A stretch of DNA of 64,000 nt, from contig CAWEYB010000001.1 in assembly GCA_963813225.1 (NCBI GenBank), forward strand, positions 1,152,362-1,216,361. The letters are read 5' to 3'. Positions within the stretch are counted from its first letter, which is position 1, and the number at the start of each line of letters is the position of its first letter. This DNA is from an uncultured Chloroflexia bacterium (GTDB lineage Bacteria > Chloroflexota > Limnocylindria > Limnocylindrales > CSP1-4). A program made the translations under genes and the position numbers. Shown piece after piece: positions 1 through 9,039 of this stretch. The notes under the pieces were generated by a model. It was not told where the DNA came from and ran no database searches. It saw nothing but the letters and a program-made list of their open reading frames with translations.

Positions 1-106
1 CCTCGGTGTCGGTCGCGCCCCATCTGCCAGGGCGTTGGCTCAGGCGCCAGCCTCAGGACCTTTGGGTCATCGCGCGCCGTGACCTTCGGAGCGAGTATCC
101 GGGAGC

Positions 107-1633
107 ATGGATGATCGAGCTAGGCCACACAGCGGTGCCATCAAAGCAGCGTTGGCAGCCCTGACCGACCGAAGACGCCTTGCCATCGATGACCCGCTCT
201 TCCCAGTAGCGATCCTGCGCGGCGACGCCCTGACCGACGGTCCGAGCGACCCAGACGGGCTCCTCACATCGTGGGCGCCGTGGACCACAAGGGAGACGGG
301 CGCGGTCCGCTATCGCTGGGCAATCAATCCTCGGCTGATTCGAGACTGGCCGGCATGGATCGGTCCCCGTACGAGCTGGCATCCTTGGCGGCCGCGAGAT
401 GCGGCGGCCTGGGCCGAGCAAACCCACCGGGCGACCGACGACATCGAGAGACTCGTGACGCCACTCATCCTGGCCGACAGCCTCCAACTCTTGGTCGACG
501 CCAGCGCACGAACCGATGCTTGCGGCGACCTGGCCCGTGGCTTCCTCGATGAGGCGCTGCCGAAAGCACGGCGAGACGCCGCAGGGTCGGTGCTCGAGTC
601 TCGGGCGTGGGCCGACACCTGGGCACTGTGGGCGACGACCCGCCGGCCCGGCGCCCTCAGCCTGCTCTACCCGTTCGCCGCGGCGATCGGAGATTCATAC
701 GCCGCATCGGCGCGCCGGACGGCAGGCGTCGTCCTTGGCACGCGTTTTCCATTCCACGGAGTGCCGCTCGTCTCGGCCAGTGCCCACCTGGCATCTGGGC
801 TCGTCGCCCTGGGTGTCCACGCGAACCTCGCGGGTGCCCTGACCGCCTGGGTCCATGCCGAGCAGCATGACGATGGCGGCTGGGGCGACGGCGACGGGCC
901 GTCGGACCTCCTGACGACGCTCGTAGCCGCGGAGCTTCTGGCCGGGCTCGATCCTGCGTACGACCCGACGGCATCGGCGACATGGTTCGCCCGGGCCCAG
1001 CGAGCCGATGGCTGGTGGCGAGCCTGTGGGCCGGAAGCGACCTGGCTGTCTGTCGAGATTCTTGGCTGGCTGCTTCGCGCCGACCGACCATTCGCCGAGC
1101 GCTTCAGCTGGCCGCACCTGGCGGTCACCAATCGTGACCGACGGACGGGCCTGCCCTTCTACGGCTACTTCTCCGACCTCGAGCGCTTGTTCGTCGCTGT
1201 TCCGGGACTGGGTTCCACGCGGATCGACCTCGCATTCATCGACCTAGCCGGGTTCGGCAAGTTCAACAACACTTTCGGCATGGAACCGGGCGATCGCGTC
1301 CTTCGGACCTTCGCCCAGGCGCTCGCGCGGATCGGGGATTCGATGGCGATTCGCGACGGGGGCGACGAGTTCATCGTCCTAGGCCCGCCGACAGGGACCG
1401 GCTTGTCGGACCGGATGGCCGCCTTTCGTCAGGCCTGGGCGATCGAGTTCGCGGAGACGTATGGTCATGGCGTCGTCGCCCCCCGGGTGCTGACTGCGAC
1501 CACGACGGGCGCCCGTCTCGTGGATGCCCGCAACGAGTTGGGGAGGCGCGTCGCGCAGCTCAAGGATGATCACCCGGTGGTCGGCGCAGTGGGCGTGCAG
1601 GTCGACCTCGGGGCGATCATGGACGGGTCTTGA
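107..1633 (+). CDS. GGDEF diguanylate cyclase with N-terminal prenyltransferase/terpene-cyclase-like repeat region
   Basis: Intact 508-aa ORF. The C-terminus has IDLAGFGKFNNTFG...RDGGDEFIVLG (GGDEF block). The N-terminal half has DDGGWGDGDGPSDLLTTLVAAELL and QRADGWWRA, which resemble the DGGW repeats of squalene-cyclase/prenyltransferase alpha-alpha toroids. Confidence 0.75.
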   Translation: MDDRARPHSGAIKAALAALTDRRRLAIDDPLFPVAILRGDALTDGPSDPDGLLTSWAPWTTRETGAVRYRWAINPRLIRDWPAWIGPRTSWHPWRPRDAAAWAEQTHRATDDIERLVTPLILADSLQLLVDASARTDACGDLARGFLDEALPKARRDAAGSVLESRAWADTWALWATTRRPGALSLLYPFAAAIGDSYAASARRTAGVVLGTRFPFHGVPLVSASAHLASGLVALGVHANLAGALTAWVHAEQHDDGGWGDGDGPSDLLTTLVAAELLAGLDPAYDPTASATWFARAQRADGWWRACGPEATWLSVEILGWLLRADRPFAERFSWPHLAVTNRDRRTGLPFYGYFSDLERLFVAVPGLGSTRIDLAFIDLAGFGKFNNTFGMEPGDRVLRTFAQALARIGDSMAIRDGGDEFIVLGPPTGTGLSDRMAAFRQAWAIEFAETYGHGVVAPRVLTATTTGARLVDARNELGRRVAQLKDDHPVVGAVGVQVDLGAIMDGS

Positions 1634-2286
1634 TCGCGCCGGGCGAACAATCGCACTGGCCCCGCATCTTTCTCGTCCGTCACGGCGAGACGGACTGGAA
1701 CGCCGAGGGCCGTCTGCTGTCGGTCACCGACGAGCCTCTCAACGCCCGCGGCGAGGCACAGGCGCAGGGCCTCGCCGTCGAGTTGGCCACGACGCACTGG
1801 GATCGAGCGTTCGCGTCGCCCCGCATACGGGCGCGACGAACAGCCGAGATCCTCCTGACTGAGGTGGAGGATCCGCCGGGCCTGATTGTTGACGACCGCC
1901 TCGTCGAGATGGATTTCGGGCCGTACGAGGGCTGGTCCGAGGCCGCGCTGGAAGCAGATCCCGTCGCCGTGACCCGTCGACGCGACGGCGCCCAGCTGCC
2001 GGGCATCGAGACCGAGGCGTCGGTCGAGGCCCGCGCTCGGTCATTCTTCGCCGATCTCGCCGAGACGACCGGGACCACTCTCGTCGTCGGCCACGGTCGC
2101 ATGCTGCGGATCCTCATCGCGGCCTGTGTGCTGGGCGTGCCGGCCAGCGTGTCGGCCAACTTGCGGATGCGCAATTGCCGGCCCGCGATCGTGGAGCCGG
2201 GACGCCTGCCGCTACTGCTCGGGTTCAACCTTGACTACTCGCGCGGATCACTCGGGCGAGCGGCAAGCCACAAGATCTCATCGTGA
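1630..2286 (+). CDS. Histidine phosphatase family protein (phosphoglycerate-mutase-like)
   Basis: RIFLVRHGETDWNAEGRLL (RHG motif) and VVGHGRMLR. The TTG start overlaps the upstream stop (TTGA). Confidence 0.85.
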   Translation: MIAPGEQSHWPRIFLVRHGETDWNAEGRLLSVTDEPLNARGEAQAQGLAVELATTHWDRAFASPRIRARRTAEILLTEVEDPPGLIVDDRLVEMDFGPYEGWSEAALEADPVAVTRRRDGAQLPGIETEASVEARARSFFADLAETTGTTLVVGHGRMLRILIAACVLGVPASVSANLRMRNCRPAIVEPGRLPLLLGFNLDYSRGSLGRAASHKISS

Positions 2287-2598
2287 AGGTGTGGGCGATC
2301 TCCCGAGTCCCCGGGTCGAGCCGCGCGGCTGCTGGGGGAAGTTCTCCAGGTGCTGGCGGTACGCGATGAGTAGCGTCCGCTCGAGCGAGGCGAGGACCGC
2401 CGGGTGGCCGTTGGCGACGAGCCACTTCTCGAACTGCACGATGTTGTATCGACAGCGATGGATCGTCGAGGGCTTGGTTCCTTCGAGCGTGAGGTCGTCG
2501 AGGAACGCTTGGTACACTTCGACGAACGGCGTGGCGGGATCTGCGGGCTTGTCCATGTCGAGGCTCCGAGTGCCTCGGCTGACCTGGTCTAGGTCCAT
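2281..2598 (-). pseudogene. Tyrosine recombinase/integrase remnant: N-terminal SAM-like core-binding domain only
   Basis: ATPFVEVYQAFLDDLTLEGTKPSTIHRCRYNIVQFEKWLVANGH..LLIAYRQHLEN fits the N-terminal domain pattern of XerC/D-type and phage integrases. No catalytic domain follows. The fragment ends inside the 3' end of the phosphatase gene and lies about 80 bp from tRNA-Gly. Confidence 0.5.
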
Positions 2599-2676
2599 AT
2601 TCGCCGTTGGCTGAGGGAACCTCGGCGGGGTCGACCAGTCGTCAACCCCATCGGATCCTCTTTGCCGTCGCCTCGG

Positions 2677-2752
2677 GCGGGAGTAGCTCAGTTGGCAGAG
2701 CGGCAGCCTTCCAAGCTGCATGTCGCGAGTTCGAACCTCGTCTCCCGCTCCA
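2677..2752 (+). tRNA. tRNA-Gly: tRNA-Gly (anticodon UCC), CCA encoded
   Basis: GCGGGAG TA GCTC AGTTGGCA GAGC G GCAGC CTTCCAA GCTGC ATGTC GCGAG TTCGAAC CTCGT CTCCCGC T CCA. All four stems pair, the T-loop is TTCGAAC, and the total is 76 nt. Confidence 0.9.
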
Positions 2753-2922
2753 CATCCCTCGATCCGCAGCGTGGTGCGACACCCTCGCAAGGCTCTCGAC
2801 CGAGGCGCCCCTAGGCGCTGACTATCGTCCCGACCGCACGGTACGCTCAGGGGGGCGTCGGTCGAACCCTGGAGCCGCCAACCTTGGGGTCGTCGCCGGG
2901 GCGACGCACCAGAGGGACCTAC

Positions 2923-3183
2923 ATGACCGAACAAGGGTCGGCCCACGGCCGGCTCGAGGACTTCTTCCGAAACCGATCCGTGGGCGGCCTCTCGATCGCG
3001 TGTGAGGGTGGCAAGTGGTCGGCGCGGGCCGAAGCTTCTATGGGAGCAATCGGGTCGACTGGTCGCTGGACGACCACGATCACCGTCGTCGGCGGCAAGT
3101 ACGCCGGCGGGGACGACGCCATCGAGCGAACCTGCCTCGACGTGATCAATAGGCTTGCGGAGGTCGGTCTCATCGTTCGGTGA
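2923..3183 (+). CDS. Hypothetical small protein
   Basis: ORF starts at MTEQGSAHGRLEDFF with an AGAGGGA Shine-Dalgarno-like motif upstream. No family recognised. Confidence 0.3.
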   Translation: MTEQGSAHGRLEDFFRNRSVGGLSIACEGGKWSARAEASMGAIGSTGRWTTTITVVGGKYAGGDDAIERTCLDVINRLAEVGLIVR

Positions 3184-3201
3184 TCGCCCGCGGTCCTCCG
3201 A

Positions 3202-4069
3202 TCAGTCCGTCGAGCGGCCAGGACCAGCCATCCGCGGGGGTTCCTGTGCTTGCGAAACCCGAGGCCGATAGCCTCGGAAGGCTTCGACCGCGAAGACCTT
3301 CGGATAGCGCCCGTGGTCCACGGGCCCGTCCGGGCGGTCCCTGAATTCGTAGATGCCGAGCATGAACTGCATCGGATACGACGGCGATTGGTGAACGACC
3401 TTGATCAGCCGATCGTCGATGTAGAAGGCAACGGAGTCGGGCGCCCAGACGACCGAGTACGTATGGGCCTGACGCACATCGATCCGCACCGACTCGGCTG
3501 AGAACGCGTCCGTGATCGACGGATCGCCGAACGGGTGCAGCCCCATCCCGATGCGGGCTGAGTCCGGACCCACGTCACGTCCGAAGATCTCGCAGACACA
3601 GATCTCCGCGGACCGAGTCGGCACATCCTCGTAGCCGATCATCCAGAGCGCGACCATCGCGGCCGGGTCGTCGAGCGCACGGGCGCGGAGTTCGAACAGG
3701 CCGTATCGCGGCGTGTAGAGGGCAACGCTCTCCTGGGCCTCGCGAACGGTCAAGCCGCGTTTGAAGCGGTGCTGTCCGATGTCACTGCCGACCGGCCCTG
3801 CGAAGACACCGGTCTGCAGCGAGGAAACGCGCAGCTCGCCGTCTGACGTCGAGGTTCCACGGCTCTTGATCCGCCTCGACCTTGAGACGCAGGAGCCCAC
3901 CGCCGACCTCGTACCGCGCCGCCGATTCTTCGCGCGAGCTCCAGTGCGGCAGGTAGTGCGGGATCCACAGCCGCTCATCCAGCGACTGCCGTTGGAATGT
4001 GTCCTCGATCTCGAGGACGTAACCCCGGCGGTCGAGCCTGTGGTTCGGGTCATCGACGTCGTACGACAT
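3202..4069 (-). pseudogene. GH16/concanavalin-A-like glucanase-fold protein, apparent +1 frameshift near 3855
   Basis: The N-terminus MSYDVDDPNHRLDRRGYVLEIEDTF..LRLKVEADQEPW lies in the tail of ORF 3782..5143. It continues as DGELRVSSLQTGVF..ALWMIGYED..EICVCEIFG..YIDD in ORF 3202..4176. Confidence 0.6.
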
Positions 4070-4219
4070 CCTTGGTTCGCCTTCGTGCGCTGGCTCTCGT
4101 CGAGGCCGCTGGCCGGGCGCGCCCGATGGCTCAGCGTACAGCCGCCAGTGGCCACCGGCCTCGACAGTGCCGACACGTCTGTTTCGGCCGGTTCTCGGCA
4201 CCTGGTCTATCGTCGCGGC

Positions 4220-5614
4220 GTGAGCGAGCCGCGCGAACCCGCCACTCCAGCCGCTGACGTCGGCCGGCTGGTCGCGGGCCGCTACCGGCTGGCCGAGCTG
4301 ATCGGCGTCGGCGGGATGGCCACCGTCCACCGCGCGACGGACACGAGGTTCGATCGAACGGTCGCGGTCAAGCTGCTTCGGCGCGAGGTCGTCGAGGACG
4401 CCGACATCGCGATGCGCTTCCGGCGCGAAGCCCTCGCCGCGACCGTGCTGCGCCATCCGAACATCGTCGGCTGCCTCGAGACCGGCACCGACGACGGCCA
4501 GCCGTTCCTGGTGATGGAGCTGATCGAGGGCGAGGACCTGGCCGCGCGGCTGCGCCGTGTCGGCCGGCTCTCCGCGGGCGAGGCGACCCGGATCGGGCTC
4601 GATGTCGCACGCGCCCTCGGCGTCGCCCACATCCGCGGGATCGTCCATCGGGACGTGAAGCCGGGCAACATCCTGCTGGCCCGCGACGGGCGGGCGATGG
4701 TGACCGACTTCGGGATCGCCCGCCTGTCCGCCGACGCCGAGGGGGCGGTGCCCGGGACGACGCTCGGCTCGGTCCATTACTTCAGCCCCGAACAGGCCAA
4801 GGGCGAGACGACGACCGCCGCGTCCGACGTCTACAGCCTCGGGCTCGTCCTGTACGAGTCGCTGACCGGCCGCCGCGCCTGGAGCGGCGAGTCGACGGCC
4901 AAGCTCGCGGCGGCTCGGATCGGCGCTCCGGCGCCCCACCCGCGCGATGTGTCTCCCGATGTGCCGGCGGCGCTCGATTCGATCGTCGCCCATGCGCTCG
5001 ATCCGGAACCGGCCGGCCGGTACCCGAACGGTCAGGCGTTCGCTTCTGCGCTCGAGTCCCTCGTGACACATGCGGATCCGTCGAGCCCGACGGTCGCGAC
5101 CGATCAGGCAGCTCTGGCGGCCGCCGCAGCCGCTCTCGCCCACGGTGCGCCCTCGTCGGTCGGTGTCGCGCCGCCGATGCCCGGCTCGGTGGCCCCGCTC
5201 CGTCCAGCCCCCGCCGGCCCAACAGGTCGTGCCGGTCTCGCCACCGCGCGGCCGGCAGGCCTCGGCGCCGTCCGCCGGGCATCGCCGGTCATCGCGGCGC
5301 CGCTGATGGTTTTGCTCCTGGTCGTCGGGGTCGTGGTGGCGGCGTTGCTGCTCGCGGCGCTGCCGGGTGGGGGATCAACCGGTGTCGCCTTCGCCAGCCC
5401 GACGCCGCGCGCCACGCAGCGTCCGACCGCCCGCCCAACGGCCCGGCCGAGCGCGCGACCGAGCGCGTCGGCCGTCCCCGGGGCGACGGCGGTCGCGAAA
5501 CCGGCCTCGACGCCCGATCCAGGCATCGGGCCCGAAGCCACCGAGTCCGGGGATGCTCGATGCCTGCGATCCGTTCTTCGGGGTCGCCTGCGGCCTCGAC
5601 GCCGGTCTGTATGA
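4220..5614 (+). CDS. Ser/Thr protein kinase (PknB-like), kinase domain plus Pro/Ala-rich linker and TM helix
   Basis: GTG start in frame. Motifs: GVGGMATVHRA..VAVKLLR, HRDVKPGNILL, DFGIA, SPEQA. TM segment: VIAAPLMVLLLVVGVVVAALLLAAL. Confidence 0.85.
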   Translation: MSEPREPATPAADVGRLVAGRYRLAELIGVGGMATVHRATDTRFDRTVAVKLLRREVVEDADIAMRFRREALAATVLRHPNIVGCLETGTDDGQPFLVMELIEGEDLAARLRRVGRLSAGEATRIGLDVARALGVAHIRGIVHRDVKPGNILLARDGRAMVTDFGIARLSADAEGAVPGTTLGSVHYFSPEQAKGETTTAASDVYSLGLVLYESLTGRRAWSGESTAKLAAARIGAPAPHPRDVSPDVPAALDSIVAHALDPEPAGRYPNGQAFASALESLVTHADPSSPTVATDQAALAAAAAALAHGAPSSVGVAPPMPGSVAPLRPAPAGPTGRAGLATARPAGLGAVRRASPVIAAPLMVLLLVVGVVVAALLLAALPGGGSTGVAFASPTPRATQRPTARPTARPSARPSASAVPGATAVAKPASTPDPGIGPEATESGDARCLRSVLRGRLRPRRRSV

Positions 5615-6089
5615 GCCGAGCCACTTCGTCCCTCCGATCCGATTCAAGCTCGGCCGTGGCTGGTCGGTCTCGGATTCGCGATCGGACGTTCTTGCTCTGA
5701 CGCGGGACGAGGGCCGTCTGACGTTCGCCAGCGGGATCACGACCGTCTACCCGTCTCACGATCCGGCGAACGCACCGGCGACCGCCCGCCTGCTGGTCGA
5801 AGCGTTCATCGAGACCGACGGCGTGGCCGCCGGCAAGCCGGCCAGCAAGAAGATCGACAAGCACCGGGCGACGACCATCGACCTGTCGCCGACCGGCGGA
5901 GATCGCGTCGCCCTGTTCGGGGGCGGCTCGGAGACGTTCTTCCTCGAGCCGAACGGGACGACCCGGATCGTGGTCATCGACAGCGACGCCGGGCCGCTGG
6001 TGATCGCCATCGAAGCGGCGCCGGATCGGCAGCCCGCCGCCATCGTGAAGATCGCGATGCCCGTGGCGACGAGCGTCCACTTCCGCTGA
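5529..6089 (+). CDS. Probable extracytoplasmic C-terminal domain of the kinase, reached only after correcting a +1 shift near 5528
   Basis: Frame 0 reads GPKPPSPGMLDACDPFFGVACGLDAGLYEPSHFVPPIRFKLGRGWSVSD...VHFR with normal composition. The kinase frame beyond 5530 turns Arg-rich and stops. The junction is a G run (atcgggccc). Confidence 0.5.
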   Translation, partial: GPKPPSPGMLDACDPFFGVACGLDAGLYEPSHFVPPIRFKLGRGWSVSDSRSDVLALTRDEGRLTFASGITTVYPSHDPANAPATARLLVEAFIETDGVAAGKPASKKIDKHRATTIDLSPTGGDRVALFGGGSETFFLEPNGTTRIVVIDSDAGPLVIAIEAAPDRQPAAIVKIAMPVATSVHFR

Positions 6090-6142
6090 CGCGACGGCCG
6101 GGCTGACTCGCGGGGTCGGCGGCGGGTACGCTTGACCCGCCC

Positions 6143-7126
6143 ATGAGCCTCATCGTCCTGCAGAACCTGACCAAGCGCTATCCGCGCGGCGTCACCGCCC
6201 TCGACGGTCTGACCCTCGACCTCGAGCCGGGCATCATCGGGCTCGTCGGCGCGAACGGTGCGGGCAAGAGCACGCTCATCAAGATCCTGCTCGGGCTGCT
6301 GCCGCCGACCTCCGGCGACGCGTCGGTGATGGATCTCGACGTGCGGACGAAGGGCACGACCATCCGCCAGTTCGTCGGCTACATGCCCGAGTACGACTGC
6401 CTCCCGCCGGACACCTCGGCGACCGACTTCGTCAGCCACATGGCGCGCATGTCGGGGCTGCCCAGCGCATCCGCTCGCGAGCGGACGGCCGAGGTCCTCC
6501 GCCACGTCGGCCTGTACGAAGAGCGATACCGGGCGATGGGCGGCTACTCGACCGGGATGAAGCAGCGGGTCAAGCTGGCCCAGGCGCTCGTCCACGGCCC
6601 GCGGCTGCTGCTGCTCGACGAGCCGACCAACGGCCTCGACCCCGCCGGCCGCGACGAGATGCTGGCGCTGGTCCGCCGGACCGGGACCGAGTTCGGCATC
6701 GCGGTCATCGTGGCCAGCCACCTCCTCGGCGAGATCGAGCGGGTGTGCGACTTCCTGGTCGCCATCGATGCCGGCCGGCTGCTGCGCGCTGCCCCGCTCG
6801 GCGCCTTCACCGAGCGGACCGGCGTCCTGGCGGTCGAGGTCGAGGACGGCGAGACACAGCTCGCGGCTGCCCTGTCGGCGCGCGGGCTCCAGGCCGTCGC
6901 GGACGGGCGGACCGTCCTGCTGGCGGTCACCGAGGACGCCCAGTACGACATCGTCCGCGACGCGGTCGCCGACCTGTCGCTCCGATTGGTCCGACTCGAG
7001 CAGCGACGGCAGAGCCTCGAGGACCTGTTCCGTGACGACGTGCCCGCCGCACCGGTCGCCGCGGGCGTGGCGGCCGCCGGGAGCCCGCCTCTGCCTCCGC
7101 CCCCGAGCGCGAGCACCGGCCCGTGA
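6143..7126 (+). CDS. ABC transporter ATP-binding protein
   Basis: Walker A GANGAGKST, signature YSTGMKQR, Walker B LLLLDEPTNGLD. Confidence 0.9.
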   Translation: MSLIVLQNLTKRYPRGVTALDGLTLDLEPGIIGLVGANGAGKSTLIKILLGLLPPTSGDASVMDLDVRTKGTTIRQFVGYMPEYDCLPPDTSATDFVSHMARMSGLPSASARERTAEVLRHVGLYEERYRAMGGYSTGMKQRVKLAQALVHGPRLLLLDEPTNGLDPAGRDEMLALVRRTGTEFGIAVIVASHLLGEIERVCDFLVAIDAGRLLRAAPLGAFTERTGVLAVEVEDGETQLAAALSARGLQAVADGRTVLLAVTEDAQYDIVRDAVADLSLRLVRLEQRRQSLEDLFRDDVPAAPVAAGVAAAGSPPLPPPPSASTGP

Positions 7127-8065
7127 GCCAGACGACACCGCCAGCCTGGCGGCGCCCCGACATCGGCCCGAGGACCGGGCGGCAGCATCTACGACCTCGG
7201 CTACCAGGCATACGTCGGCCCGCGCCTGGGCCGGCGGAGCGCCGTCTTCGCGCTGTTCGCGCAGACCGTCCGGTCGAGCTTCGGGATCGGTCGCGGTGGG
7301 CGCGCCAAGATCGCACCATTCACGCTGGCAACGCTGGCCATCCTGCCGGCCGTGCTGGCCGTCGGGTTCGCGGCGCTGTCGGCACAGGCGGGCGGCGGCG
7401 CGTTGGCCAACGCCTCGCCGATCCGGTACGAGAGCTACCACGGGCTGGTCTCGATCCTGATCATGCTGTTCTGCGCCGCCCAGGCCCCCGAGCTGTTCGG
7501 GCGCGACCAGCGCTACGGCGTGCTGCCGCTGTATTTCTCCCGCGTCCTGACCCGCACCGACTACGCGCTGGCCAAGGTCGGCGGCCTGATGACGGCGCTC
7601 TTCGTCGTCGAGGTCACGCCCTATATCGTCCTGTTCGTGGGGCGGGTGCTGGTCGCCTCCGACCCGGTCACCGGCTTGTCCAACGAGATCGGCCAGGTGC
7701 CGCGCTTCGTGCTCCAGGCCGCCCTCGTGGCCGGGCTCCTGGGGGGCGTGGCCAGCGTGATCGCCGCCTGGACGCCGCGCCGCGCCTATGCGACCGCGTC
7801 CATCATCGCCGTCTTCATCATCCCGCCGATCATCGTGGCCCTGATCGGCGGTCTGACGAACCAGGACCTCGCCCGCGCGATCGTCCTGTTCAGCCCGGCC
7901 GACGTGCTCGATGGCACGAATGCGGCGATCTTCGGCTCGATCCCCGATGGCTCGGTGGTGAGGTCGCTCGACCTGCCGGGCTGGCTGTACGTCGGGACAG
8001 CCGCGCTCGAGATCGCCATCGCCGTCGGGCTGACCATCCGACGCTACCTGCGGATCGCTGCGTGA
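7123..8065 (+). CDS. ABC-2 type permease, apparent +1 shift near 7180 just after the start
   Basis: GTG at 7123 overlaps the upstream stop. From about 7185 another frame reads IYDLGYQAYVGPRLGRRSAVFALFAQTVRSSFG... followed by multi-TM sequence to 8065. That frame has no start codon after the stop at 7124-7126. Confidence 0.6.
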
Positions 8066-9039
8066 CCGAGCCGACCGCCCCGACGGCAGCCGCGCCCGTC
8101 CCGGTCCAGCCGACGCCGCCGAACCCCACGGCCGCCCTCGAGGTCGACCACGTCTCGCGCTGGTACGGCAACGTCGTCGCCGTCAACGACATCTCGTTCG
8201 CGCTCGGCGCCGGGGTGACCGGTCTGCTCGGCCCGAATGGCGCCGGCAAGTCGACCCTCCTCCACCTCATGGCCGGGCTCCTCGCGCCGTCCGCAGGCCG
8301 GGTCCTGGTCGGCGGCGAATCCGCCTGGCGGCGACCGGCGATGTACCGCCAGATCGGGCTCGTCCCGGAGCGCGAGGCGGTCCACGCCTACCTGACCGGG
8401 CTGGGTTTCGCTCGATTCAACGCCCAGCTCCAGGGCGTCGCGGATCCGGATGCAGCGGCCGCGCGGGCCATCGCCGCGGTCGACCTGACCGATGCCGCGA
8501 ACCGGCCGATCGGCACGTACTCGAAGGGGATGCGCCAGCGCGCCAAGCTGGCCGGAGCGCTCGTCCACGATCCGCGCGTGTTGCTGCTCGACGAGCCGTT
8601 CAACGGTCTCGACCCGCGGCAGCGGCTGCACATGATGACCCTCCTGCGCTCGATGGCCGCCGAGGGCCGGACGATCCTGTTCTCGTCGCACATCCTCGAG
8701 GAGGTCGAGCGGGTCGCCGATTCGGTGCTCGTCGTGTATGCCGGACGGCTCGCGGCGGCCGGCGACTTCCGGTCGATCCGCCGGCTGATGACCGATCGGC
8801 CGCACACGTTCACGGTCGCCTCGTCCGACGATCGGCGCCTGGGCTCCGCGCTGCTCGCGGACCCGTCCGTCTTCGGCGCCGAGCTGGTCGGCGGCCGGCT
8901 GGCGATCCGGACCGCCGACTACGACGGCTTCACGCGAGCGCTGCCGCAGGTCGCGCGGGCGAATGCCGTCACCCTGTTCGAGGTCGCCCCGACCGACGAT
9001 TCGCTCGAGAGCGTGTTCAGCTACCTGGTCCGTCGATGA
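8062..9039 (+). CDS. ABC transporter ATP-binding protein (second copy)
   Basis: GPNGAGKST, YSKGMRQR, VLLLDEPFNGLD. The GTG start overlaps the permease stop (GTGA). Confidence 0.9.
   Translation: MTEPTAPTAAAPVPVQPTPPNPTAALEVDHVSRWYGNVVAVNDISFALGAGVTGLLGPNGAGKSTLLHLMAGLLAPSAGRVLVGGESAWRRPAMYRQIGLVPEREAVHAYLTGLGFARFNAQLQGVADPDAAAARAIAAVDLTDAANRPIGTYSKGMRQRAKLAGALVHDPRVLLLDEPFNGLDPRQRLHMMTLLRSMAAEGRTILFSSHILEEVERVADSVLVVYAGRLAAAGDFRSIRRLMTDRPHTFTVASSDDRRLGSALLADPSVFGAELVGGRLAIRTADYDGFTRALPQVARANAVTLFEVAPTDDSLESVFSYLVRR

Noticed and set aside
2278-2946. 222-aa ORF crossing the tRNA-Gly on the opposite strand
   Set aside because: The upstream two-thirds overlaps the tRNA and the intergenic region and looks non-coding. 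Only the terminal integrase-like roughly 100 aa is kept, as a remnant.
5756-7441. 561-aa minus-strand ORF; likewise 48070..50115 (681 aa), 32044..33903 (619 aa) and 49932..51551 (539 aa)
   Set aside because: All lie opposite well-supported genes (ABC ATPase, CBS, PLD, cystathionine lyase) and have Arg/Pro/Gly-biased low-complexity translations.
7123-9039. Single 638-aa protein suggested by the ORF track
   Set aside because: The first 313 aa are an out-of-frame, Arg-rich reading across the ABC-2 permease gene. Only the part from the GTG at 8062 is a real ATPase.
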